Shown: positions 27,991-42,413, counted from the stretch's first letter. The stretch is 64,000 nt of DNA from Octopus vulgaris (GCA_951406725.2 OX597816.1:146506001-146570000); one strand, 5' to 3'. Program-made: numbers and translations. The notes: generated from the letters alone by a model not told the origin.

Positions 27991-29557
27991 CGACTGATAT
28001 GTATTGAATTTCCAGTGAGAGTCAAAGGCTAGAGTTACAACAAATACGATAGAGTTAAAATGTTTTTGTTCAAGATGAACTGTAATTGCGCATTATGTCG
28101 CTTGTAAAGTATTAGTGTTTTATATATTTTTTGTTTATTTGTTGCGATTCGTTCTGAGTCATTCTTAATGATTATTTGACAAACAGTATATCTATATGCC
28201 CCTGCTGCATATGAATACCAAATTATTCTACTGCTAAAGTATGGATTTTCTCTGACAAATTACTTTGTATCATACGACACTATTCTATATTTGAAAACAC
28301 GTAAGAAAAAGAATGAAATGAACTCACGTTATTTTGTATTTTGTGCTTGTGTTTGTCATGGCGACAAAGACGTTCTAATTAACGTGTAGTTCTTTGTACC
28401 TATATTTCATTTTTAAATATTAATACGTTTGTATGTCTTTAGGTGTCAATAGGCAAGTTGCTTGTTCTAATTCCGTTCGGAGAGATTTTGTCTAAGCAGA
28501 GACCATAACTTTTGAGGAAGAATTTCGACGAAGTCTGGATTACTATGTTGTCCAGTTTCAATGATTTGTTTTTACCTATGATGTTTTGCATGTTTTTATG
28601 ACGCTGTGACAAATTCTTAATACTTAGCAAAATACATTTGGTCATTTGCACCAACATATCGACATTATATAACAAATATGTTAAGGTAATTTTACGTGCA
28701 TTACGGTATCATTGGTAGTGACGTTCTGATTCTATCATAACCATTCACTAACATTTCTTTCATTTGTGATATTCGTTTCTATTTTCCTGTATTTGCGGGC
28801 AATTGAATACTTATAGCTGCTAAATATTTCAATTCATAGAAGACACAATCTACCTAATATTGCATCGATGAACATCTTATTTAATGTTATTTGCTTAGTA
28901 AATTAACATGCAGTTTTCTAAATTTTATATTTTTACTCAACAGGAACATTTCTCTTTTACTGGATATAATGAGACGTTGCTAGTTGAATATGTATAAAGA
29001 TGTAAATCTGAAATTGTTTTGTTATATGTCTTCCAATCCTTCTTATCAAAACAATTTGAATTTTAGCGTAATCTTTCAAGTGAAATTTCTTTATTTTTGC
29101 ATTAATGGCTCCAAAGATTATAAATCCATCCTACTCAACTACTTTACCAATCTTGTTTATACTACATATTTAAATATCTTAATTTTATTTTCAATGCCAG
29201 ATTTGCAATCTTTAATGCTGTTATAACATTTCATATCATGCACTTTATAATTTAATTCTCTTATGATAAGATTTCTCGTCATTCAGTCCTCATGTGGAAA
29301 GTCACCTTAGTGTGAACTGTACAGTCTCAAAATACAGTTTTAAGAAAGTAAGCATAAAAGTCCGCAAATCTTGTTAAAGAAGATAGGAAGGCTAAAATAC
29401 AAAACACTGAAATCGTTTAGTTGTCACGATTCATATAACAATCTCTATTTTCCTTTTTAGTTTTCTTTCTTTTTATAATTTATTACTTACATGTTCTCTT
29501 TCTTTCCCTGTCTTTGTCATTCTGCTTTATTCCTTAGTCAATTTTTATTTTCTTTAA

Positions 29558-29788
29558 GGCGGCGAGCTGGCAGAACCGTTAGCACGCCGAGCGAAATGCG
29601 TAGCCGTATTTCGTCTGCCGTTACGTTATGAGTTCAAATTCCGCTGAGGTCCACTTTGCCTTTCATCCTTTCGGGGTCGAAAAATTAAGTATCAGTTATG
29701 TACTGGGGTCGATATAATCGACTTAATCCGTTTGTCTGTCCTTGTTTGTCCTCTCTGTGTTTAGCCCCTTGTGGGTAGTAAAGAAAAT
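29558..29788 (+). mobile_element. SINE family B, full length, LINE-like tail
   Basis: ggcggcgagctggcagaa A-box head, gagttcaaattcc B box, gcctttcatcctttcggggtcg central domain (resembles the MetaSINE-type domain, from memory), tail ending aaagaaa. Confidence 0.9.
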
Positions 29789-29789
29789 A

Positions 29790-29951
29790 GGTATTTAGTC
29801 TGTCTTCTGAGCTCAAATTCCGCCAATGTCGACTTTGCCTCTCATCAGTTCGTGATCGATGAATTAAGTACCAGTTGCGTACTGGGGTCGATATAATCGA
29901 CTGACCTACTGCCCAGACATTTCGGCCCTTGTGCCTAGAATAGAAAAGAAT
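29790..29951 (+). mobile_element. SINE family B, second tandem copy with a different tail
   Basis: ctgagctcaaattccgcc..gtcgactttgcc...ctggggtcgatataatcgact...ggcccttgtgcctagaatagaaaagaat. Confidence 0.85.
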
Positions 29952-30031
29952 TTTTGTTTTCTTTACTTTAATATTTATTTTATTCTTTGGATCAATCATT
30001 TGCTATTTTTCTGCAATACGTACTTCTATTC

Positions 30032-30590
<559 letters not shown>

Positions 30591-30794
30591 GTATATTTAC
30601 TTCTTTCTAATGAGAACACCCACCACTTTACTAAATAATAAACACATTTGGCTTTATGTATATTAGAAATTATATAATGGAGCAATGGTCCTATCTCATT
30701 CAAACCTTTGCACGTGTGCAGGTGCGTTTGTGCATATGTGTATGTGTGTAAAATGGCATGTAAGCGTGAAATATAGTTGTTGTTTGTTGTTACA

Positions 30795-31300
30795 AGCAAG
30801 CAATATTGTCTCACCTAGTTCAAATCGGGAAGGTGAATAAGTTGGATATGAGGGTTCCACATGAAAATCAGTAACAGCAACATAAATGAATCATTTTTTA
30901 ATCGAATTCTAACACCTGATGAGAAATGGATCCAGTACAACAACCGTAAACGTTCAGCACAATGGTTGGGCAAAGATGAGCCACCAAAACACAGTCCAAA
31001 AAGTAAAATCCATCAAAAGAAGCTGATGTTGTATGTTTGGTGGTCTGGCGCTGGAGTGATCCATTATGATTTCATTAAACCTAGCACATCAATCACGGCC
31101 GATGAATACTGTAGCCAACTGGAACAAATGATGCAGAAACTTACAAAAAACGCTTAGATCAGTCAACTGATTTACTCCTACTTTATTGTAAGACAACGCC
31201 AGACCACACATCGCAAAAATAACATTGGTGAATCTACTGGATTTTGAGTTGGAAGTTCTCCATCATCCACCATACTCACCTGATCTCATACCAGTGTGAC
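30795..31300 (+). mobile_element. Mariner DD34D transposase remnant
   Basis: QIGKVNKLDMRVPH; ORF 30861-31157 (FNRILTPDEKWIQYNN...HQKKLMLYVWW...YCSQL); then DNARPHIAK...HPPYSPDL. Confidence 0.92.
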
Positions 31301-32329
31301 TCACTGAAAATATTATTATTAAAATATAAGTTATCCTCAAAAGAAGTCATCTCTACTCATTTTTTTCTAATATATATCGGCGCGTGTGTGTGTGTGTGTG
31401 TACGTTTGTATTATGTACACATGCGTGCCTATGTGTGCATATGTTCCTTTGTGTGTGCGTTTGGTGAGCTTTATAACTAACAGGATGATGGACAATCTGC
31501 TGAATCCTTCTTTCTACAGGTTGTACGTGAATGTCTTTATCCTGTACAAACTTTGTAACTTCAGAAATTTAGTATATGTCAACACTGTCAGCCACTAAAT
31601 CCCACGTTATTAGTTAATGTCATTTACCGCTCTTAACAGGAATAGTTTTCTTGTCTCCAGTGGTGAAGCTGCAGGAAATTTCAGCGCAAATTAAAAAGCA
31701 CTTCATACACATACCGAATTCTCTTTCCCTCAATGTCTGTCTCATTCTCTTTCTCCCTCTCTCTCTCTTCTTCTTCTTCTTGTTGCTCCTTCTCTCCATG
31801 GCTGCCACACACACATTCACATTTATACATGCTGTCACGACATATACAGCGTTCAGTACGCTCCTGCATGTAAGTACGTGCAATACGTATAAAATTGTCT
31901 TGAAGTAGATCTATTGGATAATACCCACTGACGATTAAAATAAATAAGATATAAATGAAACCTAAGATCATAAACAGTTAAATTTATGCATACAGCTGCA
32001 TAATGTTCTCCATATTTTCCTATCCATACGCATACAAAGAATTCCTCTTACTAATTCACTTTTACACTCTCAGCGGCACTTGTAACAAGCATGTTCACAA
32101 AACCTAATCGATATACACGTTTCTGGTTTATAACTATCTGTACACATATTGATACACACTTTTCCAAGGTAACCTACCGATTTTCAAATAAAATAAATCT
32201 AGCTTATGATAATTCAAATCTATTTATGTTTTCTTCAGTTTGATGAAATCAAAATACGTGCTATATTTTATCATATCTGGACACCTGAGAGTACGGTAAT
32301 GCAAGAGGAAACATATCGTGATGCAGTGG

Positions 32330-33445
32330 CTTATTTACAGGACGGTTTCTCATAGATTGATACGGCAGTGAGTGTCAGAGATGACTTAATATATTCCACT
32401 AATCTTCCCACCGATTTTATGATATACATAAAGTATCATATAAGGCTTCTAACATTGTGCTGTCTCACTGATCACCTAGGTTCTAGGCTACAAGATGTTA
32501 CCTCCATCTTGGAATGACGTTCTTTACGAGGAATTTCTCTTCCTTTTTAGTTCACCATCCTAAATTAATACCGCTGTGTAACACATTTTCCAACAAAAGC
32601 TACAAAGAATATTGTCTGCTCGAATACATATTTGCCAAAATATAAACTTGACAGAGATATGTTATCGTTAGATTGTTTGGACATGTAGTAAAATATCAAT
32701 GAATTCACTGAAATATTAGAAATAAGTCTCTATAAAATAATCATTTATATCACACCTTTCAAAAAATATGAATCAACACTGCAAAGCTAATTTTGAATAC
32801 GGGCGGTTTGTAAAAACATCTTGAAATTTCGAATAACTGTTAACCCTTTTATGAATCCACGCAATATCTTTTAATGCGCTCATATACCAAATTTTCCAAG
32901 ATGGGTTCATCATCATAAGCTTCTTATGCCATACCATCCGCAACGTTGTAACTACTAACTGGCACTTCACATATAAACATACACCGTACCTTCAAACCCA
33001 TCATGGAAGTTCTATGTAAACATAATGTAAACTACTGCCTAAAATTATCCTTCCTGAAAAATCTCCTCCCGAGAACGAATTTATTCGCCTATCCACCATT
33101 GGACAAAATAACATGGAACTGATAATACCTCATGGAAAGTCTGTATCTTATTTCCCCTTGTTATACCCAAATCATTATATTAAGATGTGCTTCATTCACA
33201 TCCTCATGTTTGCTTTCTTCTTACTCCTATTATTTTCCTACTCTTTTTTTAAAAACGATAAACACACTGTAGCTATTATTAACCGTTTTTATATGTGTTA
33301 TCCCTCCCAACGACTTTAGACAGCTGAAGAAGCCTAGAGGCACATTTATTATCCAAGTCTTACCTGCTCATCCCCACATAACACTTGAGAGATGGAGACA
33401 ACTTGGTAGATTCCGTTGCCTCTAGGCAGAAACGGCCGTAAGGAA
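32330..33445 (+). mobile_element. Highly decayed Penelope-like element ending in a hammerhead-like repeat
   Basis: 32330-32620 is homologous to 35015-35320 with weak Penelope RT-like motifs; CTGAAGA...GAAAC core at 33324-33433. Confidence 0.45.
33319..33441 (+). ncRNA. Hammerhead-like motif with extended stem II
   Basis: CUGAAGA-A-GCCUAGAGGCA(74 nt)UGCCUCUAGGC-A-GAAAC; perfect 11-bp stem; no canonical NUH triplet follows. Confidence 0.4.
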
Positions 33446-33792
33446 CTAGCACCTACTGTCAAGCTGCTCATTTGCTCATGTATGCATTCAATCACCTGTT
33501 AATATATGATTATATGCTTCCACACCCTTGTTCTTGCAATTACCAGCTCTTTATATTTGATATGCTGTACTGCTAATAAATGAGTATGTATTCATCTAAT
33601 ACATTCTAATACATTGGATTAAATATGCATACTGGAATGTTTACCGGCCGATATCTGTCCATTTTGTATCCCCTCCACTTTCTTATCTGCCGTATAAATC
33701 AAGGGTAAACCACTCAATAGCAAGATTGCCATGCAGTATATTGGATAGGTACTATACGCTAGTTGGTTTCTCAACATCTTACTCATACAAAA

Positions 33793-33828
<36 letters not shown>

Positions 33829-35014
33829 TAATATATAAAAATAGATAACAGGGGCAAACATGTACCTATACGAGTCCCATGCATGATAGAAGGGGACACC
33901 AATTTCTGAACACTACCTAACATATCACCAAAAGAAGAAAAATATAACACGTGTCGTACTCTTGCAAATAAACGAAACGGATTCATGAAACGGTTCAATT
34001 ACATATCAATTGCTTTCAAGATTAAGGGGTAATCCCTTTTTCTATGATCAGTGTAATATATCCAGCTCAATGCACATAAACACGAACAAAATACATACCT
34101 GTTAAACAGAAAAAAGCTCCGCACCAAAAATAAGTTGTCCGTACTCATATACAACATAACAATTCAAAAATCTGGTATAGTTTATTTCGACCGCATGTTA
34201 ATAACCATGTAATTGAGCAGTGAATAAGTTTAGTTTCAGTGAAGTAATGTATTAAAAATATATTTATAAAATATTGAGGATAAAAATCTACGTTAGATTT
34301 TAACTATTAGGGTTTCCATGTTCGCGAAGAATAAGGGTAACCTGATTAGTATTGCCTTGATTTGATACTGTGAGTAAAACACGATGGCGACTTCGAAGAA
34401 ATATTTCAATTTTATCTAAGTTTTAATTCCCAAACCACACTCAGATTCATCTATCAAACAATCAGCTACACACACATGCTACCCTTCATTCCACCCATGT
34501 TTTTCTTTTCTTACACTGTGATATACTTTATTGTAACTCATTTCTACCTCGGTGGAGCATTATCGAGAGATGATAACATGGCTTTGTATGTTTCTCAGTT
34601 CCTCCAATCGAGGAATGACGATACAAACGAGCCTACTTAAAAGTAGGAATAGATGTCCGTGCGAGGGCAACTATGAGAGCATATGAGTACATTTGTAGTT
34701 ATGTAGGGAAGCGCATGTGCACATGGAGATACACAGTGGAGACGCGTATGTCGATTACTGCCGACTTTAGTAGTATCTTTATTATGTAGGTTATTGGAAG
34801 AGTGCGTGTAATTTGTAATATGCGTGAGTGGATAAGATAAATGTTTTATATGAGTATGTGAGAATATACATGTAAGTATGTCTCCAGCTGTAGCGAACAT
34901 CTCGTTATATTTAAATTTTCGTTTTACTTCATTGGCTGTGTAGTATTGCCCACAAATGCGCCTGTACAGAGTAAAGAACAAACATTATTCACACTCATGA
35001 ACATGACACTAAAA

Positions 35015-35640
35015 TTGATGCGGGAGTTCTGAAGATTTACAGGGAGTTTAATCATAGATACTTATGTAAATATCCGTGAGAGCTAATTTGATGTATCCCA
35101 CTAATTTTATCAAAAACTTTATGATATACACAAATATTATTTAAAGCTTCTGATATTTTGCTGAGTAAGTAATCGCCTAGTTGGTACACTACAATATTTT
35201 ATTTTCACCTTACTGCGACGTTCTTTAAGTGAGGTTTCACTTACATTTAAGCATGAGCTTGCGTAAAAAATACTGGTATGTGTCACATTATCCGTCAAAA
35301 CCTACAAAAATATTGTTAATTATTGACAAATGGATCTTCCTTTGTCTCCCACTTCTATGTAAGACACGTTCAGTTGAATCACAAAACTTACACCGCATAT
35401 ATTGTATATATTCAACACCAATAATATTGCACAATCAACCCATACGGTATATACTTCACACATTCATCATGAAGCACAATGGCATACACATACAACACTA
35501 GTTGAATGGCACATACAATACCTTATCCTCATTAATCAACTTAACACAACAAAACATAAATATATGCTCAGGGAAACTAATAAAACAAATAAAGAAATCT
35601 GTAAAACCACCACTCAAACAAAACAGACCTAGGGATAAAG
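35015..35640 (+). mobile_element. Highly decayed Penelope-like RT fragment
   Basis: YPTNF..NFYDIHK..LKL...SNRL and IILHN...KHNGI weakly recall YLTNF..FYGLPKIHK..LR and ILxNN..Q..G.AMG of Penelope RT. Paralogous to 32330-32620. Confidence 0.35.
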
Positions 35641-35802
35641 AAGAGCATATTGCATACAAAGAAACACACTCAGAAAATACATCAACTAAACCTTATCTAT
35701 CCAGAGGTATGCGTGCTAGAGCGATCGGAACTCGATTGAAAATTTAAAATTAATAATATAAAAAAGATATACTAAGAATATTGATAAATAATAAAATATC
35801 AA

Positions 35803-36022
35803 TTATTCTTTCTACTATAGGCACAAGACCTGAAACTTTGGAGAAATAGGCAAGTCAATTACATAGATCCCAGTGCTCAACTTGCACGTAATTTATCGAC
35901 ACCGAATGAATGATTAATACCGGCGACTACGTCGGGATTTGAGCATCGAACGTGAAACTTGAAGGCAAGACACTAAGCCCTTTTGTTCTGTGTGCTAACG
36001 CTTCTGACAGCCCGCAGTCTTC
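35803..36022 (-). mobile_element. SINE family B
   Basis: ttctttctactataggcacaagacctgaaa...cccagtgctcaact...atttatcgac...tgctaacgcttctg.cagcccgc. Confidence 0.8.
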
Positions 36023-38394
36023 GATCAACTCACTCAAATATAATTATGTTAATTAAGGAAACTGGTGAAAAAACAACAATATAAGTTACGAAAATTGTTA
36101 AGAATAAAGGATGAATTTGATTTGAAAGTAATTTCATATAATGTAAAAAAATGCATTGATATCATCACTCACTATCATGTTTTTTCATGTTATCCTATTA
36201 ATATTAAAGAATATGAATAGAGTATAGAAATGTGTTTCCCTCCCGCACGCCAGTCATCTTTTTTTAATCTTCTACTTCTACAGTTATGCTTATAACAATC
36301 AGCAAATGGATTATTACGTATGCTTGTGTGTAGGAATATTTTCAGTGATGTTCACTTAATTACATTGAACGAAATTCACCACAGATACATTTTTAATCAA
36401 TTTCAATCGAAATATAAGTTTAAACAAGTAAATTACATTAAAACAAGGCCCACTTTAGATGATTGAAGAATCTTGTTGGAGAATTATTGTAATAAATTAA
36501 AATATTTCCTCTTAGAAACCAAAATAAAACATTTAAAATATAATTATATTGCGAATGAAATTGAACAGCAGCTGTTGTCAATGTTGATCCATTCGTTAAT
36601 TTTTAGCGATTTCAATGTAAGTGAAGCGTTCTCTTTTCTATCGCTGCTTTAAGATTTAGTATTAATAATCTATTTTAAAATCTACGTAACTGTGACTAAA
36701 ATAAAATGATTAACAACGAAATAAATAACATTATTTAATTTCGAATCACAAAGTTTTATGTTCAATATCCCTGTAGTTCAAGCGTTTTACCATTGAGATA
36801 ATGACAAATATTTTGTTAAACTTCACGAGAGAAGTGTAATTTATTATTTTTAACGTGATATTCGATGGCCAACATTTTATAGGGCAAAAACATCTAAATA
36901 TAACTGTATAGTATCTCTAAATGCGGATGCTGAATGGAGAAAAGCTTACAAGTTAGACAATAAACGCCATATCTATAAGCAGAAAAATGTACTCAGCCAG
37001 TCTGCTGACAGTATATTATTTGACTGAATTTATTCATCGTTTCTACAGAGACCAAACAGGAAAGACATATGAATTGAAAACATATCTAAATATTGGGTCC
37101 TCTTATGCATTACGTCTACGGTGGATTATATGCGTATAATATAATACAATTTTCATTGTAAAAATATTACAAATTCCTATATTTAAGTTTTGTAAAGCCT
37201 TATAGGTATATTTAACCTTCGTAAAGTCTTTTAGTTATTTATCAAATTTTGAAATGTTCGGTTTGCTTTTGGAAGAAGTATATATTTATCAAGTGAATAT
37301 GTATTAAGAGTATGAATTACATATCTTTTAAGTATGGAAATAAACGGTTATATATAATTAACATCCAACAAAAAGTAAAAAGGTCAAAGGTACTTGAATG
37401 TGTATAGCACAAACGAATTTGCTCCTTAAGCACATTTAACACAAATTATTTTATTGATAAAGTATTTGTTGAATTATAACAGAGCCTGAAAACTTACACG
37501 TTCGAGTTTCACAACGTTTGTCACAGAAGTAACATTTAAAAGTTGTGTATTCGCTGTCTAGGCATAATAAAGTTTAATATACGGTCGGATCGTGCTCTTG
37601 CACGTAGTATGAGTTCGAAATAATTAGATATGACATTACACTTTTCGAAGGAAGTGCAGTTAATTTCGTGGATTCGCTGGGTTATGGCATTTGGGCATAG
37701 CTTAAAGAGACCAGTATATTTGTGATTATTTAAGACATTTGTTTTTTGCAATTTCTAATTTATTACAAAATTTTACGTTTTTAGTTTGCTAAACAGGCAC
37801 CTCAAGAAATAGGCTATTGATAATTAAGTTTTTCAATATGGAAGAATCAGATTCTATAAACACTTGGTTCAACTAAGTACAAATATCAAAGCAAACAGAT
37901 TCCAGTATGACAATTTCACGATAAATCACAGAATTTCGTAGACATATTTTGTCTCCAATAATATTGCTGCGAGTTTCCCCTTAGAATCCCTCTTCAATTA
38001 TTGAAATATTCATAGAAAGTATCAATGAATTCTCTCTGGTTCGGTATAGTAAACGTTATCGCCTCTAGGAATATAGCTTTATTGATGGTGCTTACTTCAT
38101 TCTCCCTATCATTTTGTAATAAAGTTATATTTTAACGTCTAATGAACTTACATAGAAATTTCGACCTTAAAAGGTTTGCAGTTAGTGAAGTAGTAGAATT
38201 TGTTCTAAATATATTTCAGAATACCATTTAAACTGATTTAAAGTGGAATTGTAGTTTAACCGTTCAAAGTCAATAAACAAATACCGCATAAATCCCTAAG
38301 TTCACTTTTGAAGATTTGATCAAACATAATAAATTGTATGAAGCTGCATATTAATTGTCAGTTATCTATTTTAATCTCTGAGGCGATATGACAA

Positions 38395-38478
38395 ACTATA
38401 AAAGTATACTACAAAACATACTATAAAATTATACTATAAAAGTATACTATAAAATTATACTATATAGTATACTATAAG
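38395..38478. repeat. ~13-bp minisatellite (ACTATAAAAKTAT)n
   Basis: About six imperfect tandem units. Confidence 0.8.
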
Positions 38479-39777
38479 CCTTTATTATAGTATGCTTCCT
38501 TCATTTAGTTTCCAGTTCATTTTGAGCAACATTGAGTTATATACATCCTTCCGAATGAGATGAAATATAATTGGATTGCACCCAAATATTGTATGATACG
38601 TTAATAGCAAAATTGATAGCAACGACGGTCAGACCGTTAAAAATGTTAACAATAGCATTAGTTTTCGGTAGATCTTACTTCCAAGATACGTGTAACACTC
38701 TTTTCAGCATGTTTGATGGACTAAAACTTCATACATTTTATAATTTAGACTTCGTAGAAAATGTGAGTGAAATCTTGTGAAAGGTAACTTGTTGTTATGG
38801 AATACACAGTAAGTTTACCTTGTGATTATAAAATCAATTGTCAAAATTGTAGGTTTATACACATAACCGTAATCAAAATATTGCGAAAGTTTACTAGTGC
38901 AAACTAATATGAAATTTTATATTATTTGTTTTATATTTGTTTTGTTTGCACGTAAATATGACGTACCTCAGGCAAGGCCCGGTTGAAGATAATTCATTTC
39001 ACTATCCACAATAATATAAGTGGAAAACTATAAATATCAATTTTCTCGGAGAATATTAATGTAATATAACAGAGAGAATTTCTATCTGATTAGACACGTC
39101 TAATAAATTTCGGAAAACTTTATGTGTGGAAATAAATATGATATTAATAGTTCCTGAATTGTTTATGATTCGTGTATAGTCTGCAAGATTTGGGAGATCA
39201 ACTCTTGTGATAAGGTGCCGAATTTTAAAATTGTTAAAGACAGCAGCAGCAATCTGCATATTTTTTAATCAAAAAATTTGGATAGTATTCACATGATATA
39301 TTGCTATTTGATATAATATAACGAATTATAAATAAAAAATTATTTCACTGGAATCTTCCTCATATGCATTTCAGAATCTTCTCTCTAGAGGAAGGTAAGA
39401 AACGATCCGTGAATTGATATTTATCTGGGAATTTTCTTTTCTAAATACGCACAGATATTTTCGCTTATTTTCCTACATTGTGTGGCCTTTGTATCTAAAT
39501 TCCTGAGTACTCGTAAATATATTTGATTTTTGGTTCCTCTTAGAACTGGTAGTTCTTATACACATCATTAGAATGTATGAATTTAATCACATTCAAATTT
39601 CCTATTTAAATCAAATTTTTTACAAATTACATTATTTATTTTACATATGTTTTTATGTCATAACATGGACATATTCAATAGCAGAGTATTTTATTGACCC
39701 AGGGGAAAACCTACATAATATTTCGGTCACTTTGAGTTTAGAACGCCAAAAATATTTACTTGGATGTTATCTAACAT

Positions 39778-39789
39778 TATATATATACT

Positions 39790-39886
<97 letters not shown>

Positions 39887-39917
39887 ACACACTATATATA
39901 TATATATATATATATAT
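39778..39917. repeat. (TA)n microsatellite
   Basis: Direct reading. Confidence 0.95.
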
Positions 39918-40699
39918 TTGTGTACTTGTGTTTGTATGTATGTGTTCAGTTCAATACAATGACTAAATATCGACAGCAACTAATATTCTCGCGGCATTAG
40001 AAGTAGAACAATAAAAAATGAAGCATCCAACTGTGTGCTCTAAGTGTATTTTCAATGACGTTAATGGCGTACAAGAATCGATGCTGATTTACCTGCAGAG
40101 TCGCCAGGGGCGTATGTCTTTCTCTCCATTGCGCAACATTCCATAAAGTATATTATTTATAACATATGTTTTTATTATTCTGGCTTTATGATCAAATATA
40201 TTAGCAAGATATTCAAATAGAATATTTTAATAAGAGGTAAAATAAAATATTAATTATTTTTGATATTTTACATAAAATTCTAAATCAATGTGATGCCGGG
40301 TTGTCTTGTTGTATTTTCATTTTCGTTTTATTTATTTATTTGATCTAAGTATTCTGAATTCACCTAATGATGCATTGCATGGAATTCAAACAAAATAGTT
40401 AAAGATTAAAGAAAAGTACGACTGGGAATTCTCATGAAATTGATTGAAACTTCATTGAAATCTTCTTACTCCTTTACATAAGCACATTGATATACTCTGA
40501 AAATTCCGTAAAGAAACGAAACAATGGCATTTTTCTTCTCGTCTTTTATGAATTTAATATCTGACGGATTACTATTTGCAATGCAATTCTATCGAGTATA
40601 TTTGCGGGGTAAATTATTGTATTTAAATTTACTTATTGAAATTATTAAGGTGACAGGGTAGAAATATGTTTTGCCCTCCTATATATATATATATATATA

Positions 40700-40746
40700 T
40701 ATACATACAACACCTGTCTTCGTCTTTTGTTTTTTTCGTAAACTCT

Positions 40747-40751
<5 letters not shown>
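40700..40751 (+). mobile_element. Short Penelope-like repeat family, copy 3 (fragment inside (TA)n)
   Basis: cacctgtcttcgtcttttgtttttttcgtaaactctcccta is a near-exact reverse complement of 23798-23838. Confidence 0.75.
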
Positions 40752-40813
<62 letters not shown>

Positions 40814-41166
40814 TGTTGATCATACATCCTTTATGTGATTTGAGAAATTACTTCACATAACCGGATTTGGAATGCATTCGCTGAACTCTACCTCTATCAC
40901 TCACCGTGAACAATTTTCAGTTATTCAATTATTTTAATTCTACACCCATTCGTTTCACGTCATTCATTCGCTATCGGTTGCGTAAATATAAACTCTTTCT
41001 CTCTCTCTCTCTGCAAGATAATCTTGAAGATGGCTCAACGAGTTTCAATATTTTTTGCCGAATCATTGTTGCGTCTTGTTAAGCTGAGTTAATTTGAAGT
41101 TTTATCGCATAAGGAGAAAGAGAGTGCAAGAGGTAGAGAGACAGAGATAGAATTAGAGAGATGTAA

Positions 41167-41197
<31 letters not shown>

Positions 41198-41940
41198 TTG
41201 TAACAGACTTCAGCTTTAAACAGAAATTTTATGGACTATAAGGATAAATCAAATTTCTATATTTGAATTTATACATTTAATAAACAACTCACATGCATAA
41301 CATATATATAAACATACGTAAAGCTTTTAATATAAATCTATAAATATTGGAACTATTCAGTACTTACGTCTTTACTATAACATGCATATTTCGCGTAATT
41401 TTAAAACGCCCGTGGAAACAATGAATGTGAAGCGCTTGTGCCGCTTGTACATGTCTCTATTTTCTACATAATATTCTGATTGTTCGTTCGCTCATTATGC
41501 TTTAGTTAGTCAGACAATTGGAGTGAGAGGTATCGTGAGACATGGAATGAGAGGGGGAGTAAAATGAGAGACAGACGGTAGAATTGTGAGTGGAGAAGAA
41601 GTGAGGAAGAAGTCGAGAAAGACGTTTAATAAGGAAGATTGCAGCACTTTAGTAGCTAAAAGGAGAGGCGAACAGCGAAAGAAAAAACGGTGAGTGAAAA
41701 GAGAGAGCAGAAGTATTAACGACGTGTTATAGACTTGGGAGGGAAAGGTAAAGAGAAGGGGATATGCTTAGAATACAATATCTACCAGAGAACGATGTTC
41801 TGGTAGTGAGGTTTAAGTAAAGCAAAGAGAGAGAGATGTATTGCGGAGGCAGTTACATTAAGAGAGAGAGAGAGAGAGAGAGAAGGGAGTGAGAGGTGGA
41901 TAGCATTTGTATTGTCACAGTAGAAATACACCACACACAC

Positions 41941-41980
<40 letters not shown>

Positions 41981-42413
41981 TAACAACAAAAACAATACGA
42001 TGAATGAAAGTATTGATGTCTAATTCTTTAAACCAGAGAAATAGGTATACTTATAGCAATCTACACAAAGAATCGATTGCAATTTTACAAAAGACATATG
42101 AGAGAAATATTGTTCTTTTTTTTATATATATATTAGTCGTATAATATAATTTTCTTATGACTTCAGATGGAAAATGAAACCTGGTAGATAATTTTTAGTG
42201 TTTAAAATGTTTGTATTTATTTAAACTATTAATTAGTTATTGATTAAGTTCTACTGCATAGTAAACAACGAACAAGCATCGCTAAACTTCGATGTTCCAC
42301 AACATATATAGATCGATTAAATTCTATATTTTAAGTGTCTTAACTTAAGCGCTATATTGCAAATCTAAAAGCATTTTATATTGGCCGTTGGAACAATAAT
42401 ATTTATTATTTAT

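Noticed and set aside
28990-29260. IFGAINAK resembling the LINE endonuclease GDFNA motif (minus strand)
   Set aside because: Single degenerate motif only.
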